From Chrysomallon squamiferum (Eukaryota > Animalia > Mollusca), in assembly GCA_012295275.1 (NCBI GenBank), contig CM022678.1:9858001-9922000 (forward strand): a stretch of 64,000 bases of DNA. Reading direction: 5' to 3'. Positions 33,471 through 48,039 of this stretch are shown here, piece by piece; positions within the stretch are counted from its first letter, which is position 1, and every line of letters begins with the position of its first letter. The position numbers were made by a program, and so were the translations under genes. The notes under the pieces were generated by a model, which saw only the letters and a program-made list of their open reading frames with translations, was not told the origin of the DNA and made no database searches.

Positions 33471-33680
33471 CAACACTGGTACAAGAACTGATTCTGGGAA
33501 TGTTTATTTCAACTGCTTTGTTTTAAATAACAGCGTTCAGGTTACGTCTGGGTTTTTTTTTTTGGTTTTTTACTGCACAATAAGACTTCAGTAGAAGCTG
33601 AGGAATTACTGTTTCTTTGGGATTGCATGTATCAGCGTTATTTACAACTGAGTAGCTTGTGCTATCAACATTGATTACAA

Positions 33681-34195
33681 GGGTGTCCGGGGTGTCTCCC
33701 CGAATATTCCCCCTCGGATATATCACCCCAGTCAAGTTCCCCGGTCATTCCCCTCATGATTTCCCCATAGGTCATTTCCCCCCGTGAAAACCCCCTGTCT
33801 ACCTGTTTTAACTGTCAAATGTCATGCGTATAGTCTGAGTCGTTAACAAGGTTTTTGAAGCGGCCAAACATCTCTTAAATTTGAGAATAATGAAAAAGAA
33901 TAAACTTCTCTTATTTTGTTTGTTTATCTACAAACTTAACTGTTAGAGCCGCGTGTTGATCCAAAGCTCATGTCAACAAACTACAGTCGTCATCCTAATA
34001 CCTGGCTGTTTCTGGATGTTGTGAAAAACAGAACAATCCATCAACACTGTAACCCTGCACCAGATACTTGCCAGAGAAGCTCCACCCCTCAGCGTCACGT
34101 CTACAGACACACCACCCAGCGGCTTCAGACTCTGGTCACAGAATACGGCAACAGAGATCGCCTGGATTATTTTGTAATTATACGTATTCAGTAAG
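33681..34195 (+). mobile_element. Internally deleted MULE element: C-run TIR-like end plus transposase C-terminus
   Basis: GGGTGTCCGG start followed by repeated (g)gtcatttcccc motifs up to 33795; then SRHPNTWLFLDVVK and RLQTLVTEYGNRDRLDYF, typical of MULE transposase tails. Confidence 0.7.
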
Positions 34196-34824
34196 ATATT
34201 TATGTGTGTACAGACTTTCACTGGAAATACACAATAACTGCAGATATGTATTCTTTCCTGTTTACACATATTTTTAATTATACTGTTTCGATTTTGCTTC
34301 ACTGCAACAGAGTTATTGCTTAATCTTCTTCCATCTAATTTTGTTTGAGCAGAATCTTAGACATCAGATATTGCATCAACAGATCAGTACATCACTTGAA
34401 TGTCACTTTTTCCCGCAGGTTGATTTATTGATATGTTGTATGTGTTTTATTATTATGTAGTCTACGGCCTGAGTGTAAGTAACGTTCAGTTCAGTTCAGT
34501 GTGCATTTGTGTTTGTGAAACGTGTCTGTGTGCGTACGTGACTCACTCTTTCATCGATGAATCAATCAATCAATCAACGAATAAATATGTATATAGTAAA
34601 ATATTTATTACGAGATTGCTGTTGTTTTTTTGTTCGATTTTCTTCATTTCCGTATGCGTTATGCATGTTTAATGCGTACACGGATAGTACGAATGAATGT
34701 TGGCGTGTGTGTCTGAAATCAGTGTCTGTGTCTTCCGTTTTCTGCCTTCCAGTTTGTATCTTCATCTCCTGTCTTTCCTTTGGATCGTATCATTTTACAG
34801 AACCGTATTTTTGTAGTTTTACTA

Positions 34825-34983
<159 letters not shown>

Positions 34984-35873
34984 TGTCTTCATTCTTATTT
35001 TCAAATTTGTATTCCTATCTGTCCGTGTTTATAACCACCACTACCACAGCTACAATTTATACTACTACTACTACCGCCACTACTGCTACAATTTATAATA
35101 CTACTATACTACTTCTACTATTACTACTACTACTATTACCGCTGCCACTGATACAATTTATACTACTACTACTTCTACTACTACTGCTCCTACTATTATT
35201 ACTATTGCTAACAATAATAACATTTAATATAAAAATAATGTAATACAAATGTCTCAAGCCGTTTTTACCATAAACCATTACACGATACCAAGCAGTTCAG
35301 TCTTTCAAGAGTTTTGTACTTGACAGGCATTGTCAGCCACTGAACAGATGAGAAAACGTATTACTGTTATCATTGTTAATATTATTATTATTATTGTTAT
35401 TATTGTTATTATTATTGTTGCTGTTGTTATTATAATAATAATTATTATTGCTGTTATCTTCATTGCCGTTATTATTATTGCTACTCTTTTATTGTTGTGT
35501 TTTTATTATTGTTATTATTATTGCTGTTATTATTTTTACTATTGCTGTTATTATTATATTATTATTTTTGTTGTTGTTGTTATTATTATTATTATTATTA
35601 TTAAAACGTCAAATATTAAATCAGTCTTTCTGTTGAAAAATACAAAAATGTGTTTTAACTAATACTAATACTACTAATAAAATAAAAAATAATTACAGAC
35701 TGTAAAATTATTAGCTAAAAGAATAAAACGGATAAAACATACTCGTATTTTATTTTCTGAGTGTTTAGCATGGGTTACACTAGTAAATAATTTTAGAAAC
35801 AAAACGTTTCCCTCTCTATCATTTTGCTTCTGTGTTTTTCTTATTAGTGTTATGTGCAGTCGTCATAGCAGTC

Positions 35874-35930
<57 letters not shown>

Positions 35931-36489
35931 TTGGTAATAAACAGCAAAAATAGCATTCGCAATATTGGTACAAGTAGTAGCAGTATTAGTAGTGGTAGTA
36001 ATAGTATTAGTGGCTGTAATAGTAATAGTGGTTACAGTAGCAGTAGTTGTGGTGGAACTAGTATGGTGGACATTGGAAACAACAGTCGTTGTGGTAGTCA
36101 TAATGTTATTGGGGTGATCGTTATCGTAGTGTGCTAGTAGATGCAATGTTGGTGGTTATGTTACTAATAATGCTTCATATATATATATATATATATACAC
36201 ACACTCATCCACATACATACATACATACATTGAGACACACACATACTCGCATACACAGAGAGAGGTGTGTACACCCATAAACACATACAATGATGTATAT
36301 ACAAATTATACATCGCTCACACATAAAAACACACGTTTCTCAAATATTAAAGTGTTTCACTGTGCATTAAACATATAAGAAACAAAGTTATATTTTGTTA
36401 GCGCCAAATCAGTCTTAGCACATTGTGTGAGTCCATTCCCGAAAGATTTCATCAATGTGAATGACGCTGTATTTAGTGTTAACATTTAG

Positions 36490-37330
36490 TATTATGTGTG
36501 TGTATCTATGTAAGTGTATTTTGTACGTGTTTTATCTACATTATCTACATTATGTGTATCAGTGTGTGTGCATCAAAATAAGTATACTTTTGACTTTTAT
36601 CTACTTTATGTGTATCACCCTGTGTGTATTGATATAAGTATTCTTTGTGCGTGTTTAGATTTTTATTTACTTTATATGTATCACTATGTGTGTATTTATA
36701 TAAGTATACTTTGTGCGTATTTATTTACTTTATATGTATCACTGTGTTTGTATTTATATAAGTACACTTTGTGCATGTTTTGACTATTTATTTAATTTAT
36801 ATCTATCACAGTGTTTGTATTTATATAAGTATACTTCTGTCCGTGTTTTGACTTTTATTTACTTTATATATATCACTGTGTTTGTATTTATGTAAGTATA
36901 CTTTTGTGCGTGTTTTGACTATTTATTTACTTTATGTGCATCACTGTGTGTGTATTTATATAAGTATACTTCGTGCGTGTTTTGTCTGTTATCTACTTTA
37001 TGTGTATCACTGTGTTTGTATATGTGAGTAATCTTTGTGCGTGTTTTGTATGTTTTCCTCCATGATATGTGTTTGACAGTGTGTATATCTATATCAGTAT
37101 ATTTTGTATGTGTATTTATCATTATCACTGTTATATGTGTAATACTATGTTTATCAATTTAAGTAAACATTGTGTGTGTTTTATATGTTCATTCTATGTT
37201 TGTGTCTGTTTGTATCTATATAAGTAAACTTTGTGCATGTTTTGTATGGTTTCTTCTGTATTCGTATCACCGTGTGTGTATCTATAGAAGTATATATTTT
37301 GTGTCTACATATCTATTACGTATACAGCTC
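36490..37330 (+). repeat. Degenerate minisatellite of about 55-65 bp, present only in unit 1
   Basis: Recurring tactttatatgtatcactgtgt.tgtatttatataagtatactttgtgcgtgttttga. Confidence 0.85.
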
Positions 37331-37537
37331 TGTATATCTATCTAGGAATATATTGTTGTTGTTTTTTTATGTTGTTTTTTTGTTGTTTTCGGGGTTTTTA
37401 TGTTTTGTCCTACATGGTATCTGTATTGCTGTCTATATCAACAGTGCAATTAATAATAGTAATAATAATAATAGTATTAGCAGTTGTAGTAGTAGTAGTA
37501 AAAATAAAATAATAATAATAATAATAATAATAATAGT

Positions 37538-37584
<47 letters not shown>

Positions 37585-38037
37585 CAATAAGAAAAAGAAG
37601 AAGAAAAACAAACATGTCAGCACGTACGTGTTTGTGTATTTTGTGTAGGTAAAATTATTACAGGTAATGTTCATATTCGTGCTCTTATTGTTATTGCTGT
37701 AAAATAAATAAACGGATCCAAAAATAGTAACAACAACAAGAGCAACAGCAGCAACAATAACAACAATAATATCACTAATCAGACGCAGAATAAACTAAAA
37801 CAATAATAAGTAAATAAAAAAAAATACTTCAGATCGCAGTTCCGCCCATGTGCCCCTGCTACGTGAATATTGTGAATTGTTCCCTACTTAAACTAACTTG
37901 AACGTGCACACTAAATAAAGATGAAACATGATCGCTAATACCCGGATTCTGTTTTGTTTTCTGTTTTTTGTTGTTGTTTTTTCCCGGCTTAGAAATTTTC
38001 GTTTGTGCGGTTGTTTCTCTGATTTTATTTTTATTTT

Positions 38038-39056
38038 GTGTGTGGATGTGGTGTATGTGTGTATGTATGTATGTAAGTGTTTGTAATTGTGTATGTGTGT
38101 GTTTGTATGTGTGTATGTGTGTTTGTGTGTATGTGTGTGGATATGGTGTGTGTGTGTGAATGTGTGTATGTGGGGTATGTGTGTATGTGTGTGCAGTTGT
38201 GTGTGTGTGTATGAGATGTCTGCGTATGTGTGTGTGTTTGTATGTGTGTGTGTATGTTGTGTGTGTGTATGTGTTGCTGTGTGTGTTTGTATGTGTGTCT
38301 GTGGTGTATGTGTGTGTGTTTGTATGTATGTGTGTGTGTTTGTGTGTGAATGTGGTGTGTGGGTATGTGTGTGTTTGTATGTGTGCTTGTGTTTGTATGT
38401 GTCTGTGTATCTGGTGTTTGTATGTGTCTGTGTGTGTTGTATGTTTTTATGGTGTGTGTATGTGTGTGTGTTCTTGTATGTGTGTGTGTGGTGTGGGTGT
38501 GCATGTGTGTGTGTACGTGTGTGTGTTATTGTATGTATGTGCGTGTGTCTGTATGTGGTGTGTATGTTTGAATGTCTGTATGTGTGTGTGTATTTTGGTG
38601 TGTATGTGTGTGTTTGTATGTGTGTGGATGTGGATGTGTGTGTGTTTGTATGTGTGTGTGTTTTGTATGTATGTGTGCATTTGATATGTGTGTATGTGTG
38701 TGAATGTGTGTGTGTTTGTGTGGGTGTGTTTGTATGTGTATGTGTTTGTATGTATGTTTGTGTTTGTTTTGTGTGTATGTGGTGTGTGTATATGTGTGTG
38801 TGTTTGTATATGTGTGTCTCTTTGTAGGTGTGTGTGTGTTTATATATGTGTTTGTGTATGTGGTGTGTGTGAGGTGGTGTGTGTGTGTACATGCGTGTTT
38901 GTGTGTATGTGTGTGTTTGTTTGTGTGTGTTGTATTTGTATGTGTTTGTATGTGTGTATATGTATGTGTGTGTATATATATGTGTGTGTGTGTATGTATG
39001 TATGTATACCTGTGTGTACGTATGTGGTGTGTGTGTATGTATGTGTGTGTATGTGT
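38038..39056. repeat. About 1-kb imperfect (TG)n expansion
   Basis: Direct reading; the equivalent tract in unit 2 (52398-52502) is about 100 bp. Confidence 0.95.
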
Positions 39057-39645
39057 CTCTTTTTTCTTCTTTCCTTTTATTTGTTTCTTTGGATTAAAAA
39101 AATAAATAAGTAAAAAATTAAACCTGACTTCATGTCTAACAGAGAAATTTATAAAATATGTGAAGCAGAATAAAAATGTAAAAGTTGGAAACTTTTTTAC
39201 CACACGTGTACCGACGGCGCGCACCTTTTGCACGTGTTGAAACATTTCTCCCGACCCTCGGGCAAAGTGTCACAGAGCTTTTTCACATGTTTAAAATGCT
39301 AGGGATCTCCAAATCAATAATCTGTATTAGCTGTTAATAATAAATTTATAATAAATCTCAACAGTGAACCGCTTTGTTCTACACTGATATTATACACATT
39401 AATTATATTGCACATACATACATACATACATACAATTAGGTGAATACATAGGTAGCTATACAGACAAAGAGATCATCACACAATTTAAAATAGTTTTAAA
39501 ATGTAAATGAAATAAAGACAGAAGAATTTTATTTATTATCATATAAATATTTTATTACTGTTTTGAGTGTACAAGTATATTATAAATAGCACAACATTAT
39601 TCCAAATAAACTACTTTACAAAATAATAGAATAGTTTAGATGTAA

Positions 39646-39783
<138 letters not shown>

Positions 39784-40032
39784 AAATCACAAAACTTGGT
39801 GAAAATTTCAAAAGTAAAATATATGTTTTAAAGTGAAATATATTTTGTAATTTAGCAAGGTTAAACGATAAAGTAATTGATAATAAATAAATAATATATT
39901 TAAAAATAAAAATAAACAAAGTAAAGAAATTAACTAAATTAATTACCTTACAGTAAATAAATAGCTGATTTTCTGTTTATTTACAAGAAAGAAATGTCTG
40001 TGGACTTTCAACTTCAAAAGAGTACAGTGAAA

Positions 40033-41539
40033 CTAACTTATTTTTATTTCATTAAACTGTGCCACGTAGAGTTTATTGTCATCACAACAAACACACCAAA
40101 GTTTCGACACTCCATCCTGGCGTGTGAGGATGTCACGTGTAATGTTACCATCTCGAGACAACTGAACAACACAATTTCTAGTTAAACTACAAACAAAAAT
40201 ATTTCCCTCCCTGTCACATGTAACACCTGTCAAGCCTCTCAGTTTGTCTGAATCACGTGACTTCCATTTGACGTCACCTGATGAAGTCACACACAATAAA
40301 CTGTCTTGTCTCTTTGACACAACAATCAGACATTGATCGTGAACTGTGAGAAACCACGGACTGGGGATCAAATCTGTTGAGATAGAATTAATGAGCTGAC
40401 CACTGTCTGTCAGTATGTCCAAGCACTGATTGAACAACTGACCAGTGACCGCGAGATTGTTGCCAGGTAACACAGAGATAAACTCATACTTTTTACCAGT
40501 TGTAATTGTTTTTATCAGTTTGAAGTTTTCCAAATTTAAAAACAATATTTTATTTTCACCTGGCAGAGCAACGACAACAACATCACCCTGCTGATCACAT
40601 GACTCAGCAAGGCCGCATGGACCAGTGGAAGTCAAGTGTTTGTTTATCAGTGATTTTCTTTCTAAACAAAAACATTTTACACATCTATTGTTTCCTTCAC
40701 TAACAACAATTTTACTGTTGTCCTCACCTGACACCAGGATGGAAAACACATCAGCATCATCTTCATTTTCTTGTGTTTTTGTATTAATGGTGTCTGTGAG
40801 TTTGAGTCTGCCTGTCTGTTTGTCTATCTGTGTGACTGTGTGTTGTGTTTTTGTGTTAATGGTGTCTGTGTGTTTGAGTGTGTCTGTCTGTTTGTCTATC
40901 TGTGTGACTGTGTGTTGTGTTTTTCTTTTAATGGTGTCTGTGTGTTTGAGTGTGTCTGTCACTCTGTTTATCTGTGTGTCTGTTTGGATGTTTGTGATTA
41001 TTTCACCAATGTGCATAGACATTTCTTTCTTTTTGTCGGATTTTCTGAGATTTATTTTGAATTCTACTTTTTCTATTTGTGAAAGAGATTTTGTCAGAAA
41101 CTCGGAAGTTGTGTTTTGAAGTTTGGTGAATTTTGGAATATTTACTTTTATGTCTGACTTTTCTTTTATCAAAAGTTCACCCAGTTTTATAAACTTTTCA
41201 TTTTCATCAATCAGATGTTTATGTTCACTAAACAATTTGTCTATTTCTGAGTTTACAAAGTTCTGAGACTTTTCTATTTCTCTTATTAGCCTGTCTTGTT
41301 CTTTGTGGACTGCGGCTGTGAAATCTGTTATTAGTGTGTTACCAATCCTTCTGACCTCTTCTGTGGTGTCCACGACATTGATGTCGATGGCTTGACGAAG
41401 TTGCTCAATCTTGTCATCCATCTCTGTCTGAAGAATTTCTTTAAAGGTTTTGAGACTCTCAATGAAATGTTGCCTCCCTTTTTAGCTGAAATAAATAAAT
41501 AAATAAATAAATAAATGATTAATTATCATATTAATAATA

Positions 41540-41623
<84 letters not shown>

Positions 41624-42076
41624 GTAATAGTAATAATAATAGATTGAGTGCTAATGTCATGCTATTAATAAAGATATGCATACAGTTTGGAGTGTTAATG
41701 AATTTATTTTATCAACTAAATGTAAAATCTTAGTAGAAAAATGTTATATATAAAATGTCCTCTATTTCTATATGCTGCTATGGCTAATACACGACATAAA
41801 TAATTTTTAGTTAAATAATCACTTTATCTGTTTTAATTATTTTATTGTAATAGACCTAAACACTGCTGACTCACAAAACTTTGATTGTAGCTGATCATTA
41901 ATGGCGTCGACCAGTGACTTGTTAATAGGAAACTGAGCTGCCCACGTATAAACTGGTTTCGTGCTGTCTGGGATGTGGACATTCTGCCTGCAGAACGGGC
42001 AGCTTATTTCTGTATCGAAAATGTCCATACATAGACAGCAAGATAAGTTATCATCGGAGTTTGAAGCTGTTGCCAT
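40033..42076 (-). pseudogene. TRIM-like copy A, damaged paralogue; exons 42076..41875 and 41485..40033
   Basis: Same exon structure as copy B. It has an in-frame 28-codon deletion in the RING, a 16-nt deletion after the acceptor (64 vs 80 nt before MDDK) that shifts the frame, and a deletion of about 35 nt removing the terminal FTWCKK. The 462-aa CC-NHL ORF itself has no stops. Confidence 0.75.
40771..40985 (-). repeat. Coding 72-bp (24-aa) tandem repeat x3 in the copy A linker
   Basis: Unit TVTQIDKQTDTLKHTDTINTKTQH occurs three times in the ORF. Confidence 0.9.
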
Positions 42077-42081
42077 ATCTG

Positions 42082-42135
<54 letters not shown>

Positions 42136-42688
42136 GTGAAGGCTAAGAGAAACTAAGTAATAATAATAATAATAATAATAATAATTGAAAACAACTGACT
42201 GGAGGTAAAATTGCGTATTAATCCCAGTTAATTCATACGACAAATGATATATACAAATAAATAAAATGAAATGATAAATATATAAACTTGGAACTATAAC
42301 ACTGTCATTTTATAAATGCACTAAATAAACTGTTTGTTTATTTATTTATTTAGTCTTATTTGTAAAATAAAAATGCATTACGAACTTGCTAAATTTAACC
42401 TTGTGACCTTTAATCTTAATTTTAGAAGGAAGACGACAAAACTAATATTATAAACGAAGTCGGCTGTAATAAATTGTATGAAGCAAAGAAAAAAATCACC
42501 AAAAAACCCCAACAAACTCAACATATGTGAGTATCCATGAATACTGCAAGGTAATATAGCACACCACTACAAAAGAAATCGTTTCTCGCAATGTGACGAG
42601 CTACTTTTCTTGAAAATCACATAGCTCGCACGATAAAGTAATCGTGGAATTGACTTTGAAAATAATATTTTAAAATATCTTAGAACAC

Positions 42689-42719
<31 letters not shown>

Positions 42720-43323
42720 CATAATAATAATAATAATCATAATAATAATAATAAATTTCACTCTTTAGTCTTAAGAAATGAAAATTTTAAGAGCTGAAAA
42801 AATGTCTCCGATTGCTCGTCTGCAAAGTCAATTTACTCTTGCAGTAGTGAAGCCCGGTTTTTACAGACGACACTTACAGAGCGGAAGATACCAATTCATG
42901 TGAAGAAGTGGTAGGAGCTTTGAAGTTTGTATGTGTGTATGTGCGTGTGTGTGTACAAATTAAAATAAAATAAAATCAGTTTAGCAAATCGGAACGAATA
43001 TCAATAAATTAGCGACATTATTACACTGCAGTACATTGTATAACTGTGCTATCAACTTGAACTTACAGTGACATTCAAATGAATTCATATTTTATTATAT
43101 TTATTATTATTTTTTAGTCTTTCTTTGTTTCTTTTCTTTCTAATTATATTTGTTTGTTTTCATTCTATCGCTTTTATATCCTAGTTTGTTGTTGTTGTTG
43201 TTGTTTTTTGAGAGAGAGAGATATTGTATTGTATTATTGTAAATTAATAAATAAATAAATAATACTAACAATGCTAAAAATAACAACAATGAAAGTTAGG
43301 TTGTTGATGATGATGATGATAAT

Positions 43324-43414
<91 letters not shown>

Positions 43415-44184
43415 TTAATTACAATTTTTATCAAACAAAATGGAATTCTTACCAGGTTGGATATTTTCTAACAAAGAGATGACAATGAGTCTGTGTTACC
43501 GTGGAAACCAGTTTACAGTTCTATGAGACAAACACAAATACGTGGTCTAATATACCCGCGTGAAGAGAACTTTGACCATCTCGTGATGGAGATAAAACTC
43601 AGGTGAGGTATTTCAGTTACAATGCATCACCTTATTTAGTAAACTGATAACTATTTACGTCAAATAAGAAAGATAACTAATCAACAACACACATTTATCT
43701 TCTGTCTTTAACATGCAATACAACATCCAGGTCCGGGTGTGTTTAAATAACGGGTGGGGTATGGTATTGGTATAGTTACTTATTACAACCACTGTTACCC
43801 GTAATGTAACAGCTACTACAACATTTTTGTAACACTGTCACTGCTGTTAACTTGTATTACATTTTACAAATAGAACAAACAACAACTACTACTACAACTA
43901 TTATTACTGCTGTTACTACAAATACTACTATTACTACACCTGCTGACAGTATTGTTGCTTCAAGAGCTTTACAACCACTACTAACTATTGTTACTATATT
44001 TGATAATATACTTCTAATTCTACCACTGCTACCACACTATCAGTACTTCTCCTATTACCTACTACTGCTAGTATTAGTACTATTATCAATGCTACTACCC
44101 TTCTGGTACTAGTTCTAGTAATACTACAGTTGTTAATTCTACTCCTGCTGTTAACGCTTTACCACTACAACTACTACTACTACA

Positions 44185-44223
<39 letters not shown>

Positions 44224-44527
44224 GCTGCTGCTGCTATTACTACTAGTACTATAACTATTTCTATAGCAACTGCTATTAGTGTTACTGTCTTTATTGTCTT
44301 GTAAATTCAAATTTCTTGATGATCTAATTTTTCTTTGTTTAATATTAAGAATATCATTTGTTTAATCTATATATATTTAGTTATATAATGTTCAGTTCGT
44401 GTATAATTAATTTATTACTAAAACACGTGCTAGCGATAACATGACCTACTCATCTGTTTTGTCAAGAGCAAAGTTTATTTGGTTATCTTAAATTTATTAG
44501 CTAGAGATACATTCAGTATAAGTCAAC

Positions 44528-44562
<35 letters not shown>

Positions 44563-44768
44563 ACGCATTTTCTCCTTTAGTATGCTGAATAATGACTCTC
44601 ACACTTAGATTAATAACTAACTAAATAAATAAAACAGAACGCATGATTTCATGAGAAAGCCGTGGAATTTTTATCTTAGCAGATTTGTTTCTTTGTTTCT
44701 TTATTTATTTATTAATATTATGATTTTTACTGTTATTATGTTAATTTAAATTTTATTATTATTTTGTC

Positions 44769-44810
<42 letters not shown>

Positions 44811-44898
44811 TTTTTTTTTTTTTTTTTTGTTTTTGATATGGCATATTGCCCGTATTGTTCGTATCTGTTGTTATATTGGCAAGTTTTAATTTCACTCA

Positions 44899-44945
<47 letters not shown>

Positions 44946-45629
44946 TAACAATAATAATAATAAATATAATAATAACAATAAAAATAGCAATAATAATAAT
45001 AATAAAACAATTATAAATAAAAATACTACTGCTACTACTACTACTACGACTACGACTACGACTTCTTTAACTACTACTATTACAACTGCTATTGGTTTTA
45101 TTTCATTCTCTGGTACAACTAGCACTACTGCTACTATTAGTATTATTAATAGTACTAGTATTACTACTACCAGTATTACGACTACTATTACTAGCACTAC
45201 TACTACTACTACTACGACTACGACTTCTATTACTACTACTATTACAACTGCTATTGGTGTTACTTCTTCCTCTGGTAATATTAATAATACCAATTCATCG
45301 ACTATTTTATTACAAATACTATTGCTTTGGTTGTATGTAAAAGCTAGATTGTTCTATAAATTCTAATTTTATTTTGATAAAAATGTTCATCGATTGAAAT
45401 TTCCATAGTCATTTATTTTAATCTAATATAATTTAGTTCCATTGAATTAATTTTAATATATATTGTAAATTCAAACGACCACAGTTTGAAATATTTGTTA
45501 TCTGGGTTGAGTTTGTGTAACGAACTTGTTATCAAAACACGAGTGAGCGAAACAAGACCTACTAATCTGTTTTGTCAGCACTAAAGTTCACTTCATTGTC
45601 TGAGATTTATTCCCTGGAGATAAAAATTT

Positions 45630-45825
<196 letters not shown>

Positions 45826-45913
45826 TGTGTTTGCTTAACTACATTCTTTCGTATATCAGTTGTGTCCCAAACATTGGTTTTAGCTGAGATAAAACAATAA
45901 TAATATTAATAAT

Positions 45914-45979
<66 letters not shown>

Positions 45980-46474
45980 AATAAATAAATAAATAAATAC
46001 ATAAATACATATATTAACGTCCCTACTTTAAAAACAAACATGCAGATTATGCAGGTTATATTTCAGGAACAGACCGCCAAAGCGAATAAAATCACCTTCT
46101 GGTTTGATTTGAATCACTAAAAGATGATTACTTTGGTTTCACTATCATCAGTTTAGACAGAACATTTCTAAATCAGAGAGAGAAACACTAAACGTTTTCG
46201 ATTATCTCCCCTCCTATGTAGTTCTGCTATATAAACAAACATGTTTCTGCTGTTTTCAAAATTCTAAAACTGTTTTTTTCTTTTTCTTTTTTAACTTCTT
46301 TTGGTACGACTAAGAAAATGTGATAGTTTTCAATTCTACATTTTACTATTGCTTCTACTAGTATTACTATTGCTGCTATTATTTCTAGTTATACTACTAC
46401 TACTAATTCTATTACTAACTGCTGCAACATTATCTGTATCAGTATTTCCACAATCACATCTATTACTTCTACTA

Positions 46475-47452
46475 TTATTTCAAAACTATATAAATAAAAA
46501 TATTCCTCTCAAATATTTCTCGTCTGATGAAAATGCTAGCTACAAATATGTAATGAAAAACACAAAACAAAATAATTTGAAATATTTATTTGAACAAGAA
46601 AAAGAAAAGATCAACATCAAAACTACTTTTCATATGAAAACTTTAATTTTAGAAAAGCCTCAACAAAATACATAATTAAAAATTTAGAAAAACATGGTCT
46701 AAGATGTACCTGAACTTTCAAATTAAAATGTATTTAAAATGTTTCAACAGGTGTTAAAGTGCTGAGAGTGCTATAAAATATAAATGTACCAAGATTTCTG
46801 ATTGTCCAGTGAAAGTATATTAATAAAACAAAACAAAAGAATACCAAGACATTTGGTTAGAAAAAAAATGTAAGATGTACTAAACAACTTGTCATACAAT
46901 GTAATCTGCAAATTAATCATTAAGAAAATATCTTCCAAACAACATATCTTCTTCCATTTTATCTTTTATTAGCATACTTTTTCATAAATCTTTACCAGTA
47001 CATTCATAAAAAATAATCATAATAATAAAATTATCTCCCTTGAGCTATACAATTTGTAGTTTTTTTTAAAGCAGTAAATCAAGGATTTCTAAATCAGTCA
47101 TTTTTAAAAATAATTTCTTTTTCACACACTTGACTGTCTGGTCCAAACATTCTGTCTACTGGTCTATGTCTGACTGTATCTTGCATGAATGACACTTTGA
47201 ATCTGAAATCACAGTTTCACATATTTATAAATTCTTGTGTAAGTGCAGTCCACATAACAGGTAACTGTTTTTTTTTTCAGTCCTTCATATTTGTTGTGGA
47301 GATATGTTATCTTCTGCTGATTCTTCTGTTTAATTTGTTCAGTACAGTGAGAAAACTTGAAGAACTTGGAGATAAAAACAACAAGTCACTTAGAATCAAT
47401 GTCACTTCTCACATTTTCTTTCATTCTCAAAACAAGCTTATGAAAAAGGACC
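46475..47452 (-). repeat. Copy of the unclassified long repeat, homologous to 21740-22820 (+)
   Basis: Shared anchors ctccaagttcttcaagttttct.actgtactgaac, agaaatccttgatt, aagggagataatttt, caaatgtcttggtattcttt and gaggaatatttttatttatatagttttga. Confidence 0.88.
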
Positions 47453-48039
47453 CTGAAGAAAAAAATAAAATAAATATTATTAATTAAAATAATAGTCAGA
47501 GTTGTATAAACAATAGTATACAATTTACCATGAAAGTAGATATGAGTCAAATGGGATGGGTTATGACTTAATTATTTTCATGACTTTTTACTTACTGTTA
47601 AAAAGCTATTTATTCCATGGACAAAATCAATTTACTTTAGCACTGATTTTATTTTATTTCACTTTATTTCATTGTGAATCATTTAATTTATTTCAGTTCA
47701 GCTCAGTTCTGTTCAATTCATTTATTGTATTGTATTGTATTTCATAGTATTTGATTTTATTGTATTATTATTTCGTTTCATTTCATTTATTGTATTTCAC
47801 AGCACCCCACTGCATTTCATTTAATTTCATTTCATTGATTTCACTGTATTTGCTTTGATTTCCTTCAGTTCACTGTTTCTATGTGTATGTATATGGAGGT
47901 TTGTGTGTGCATATTTTAATGTGTGTCAATCTTTGCATGTTCATGTGTTGATGTGTGTGAATCTTTTGAGGTGCATGTGTTGATGTGTGTGAATCTTTGG
48001 AGGTGCATGTGTTGATGTGTGTGTGTGTGATATACTAAT

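Noticed and set aside
31343-33476. Repetitive ORFs (RHTDRWIN, CMSINPPI, VCVY types)
   Set aside because: They come from a 24-bp minisatellite and a CA-rich repeat, with no splice or homology support.
37888-39245. Long His/Thr-rich and Cys/Val-rich ORFs (up to 334 aa)
   Set aside because: They are translations of an imperfect (TG)n tract that is open in most frames.
40625-41119. Plus-strand ORFs conserved in both duplicates (also 54021-54443)
   Set aside because: Antisense shadows of the TRIM-like exon and its repeat linker; conservation follows from the duplication.
43480-43612. Kelch-like FYETNTNTWSNIP exon before a gtgagg donor
   Set aside because: A stop follows at once, and the duplicate at about 62480 has a 2-nt insertion.
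46530-46545. CTAG as a Helitron 3' end of the long repeat
   Set aside because: No preceding GC hairpin, and homology to the 22.8-kb copy continues past it.
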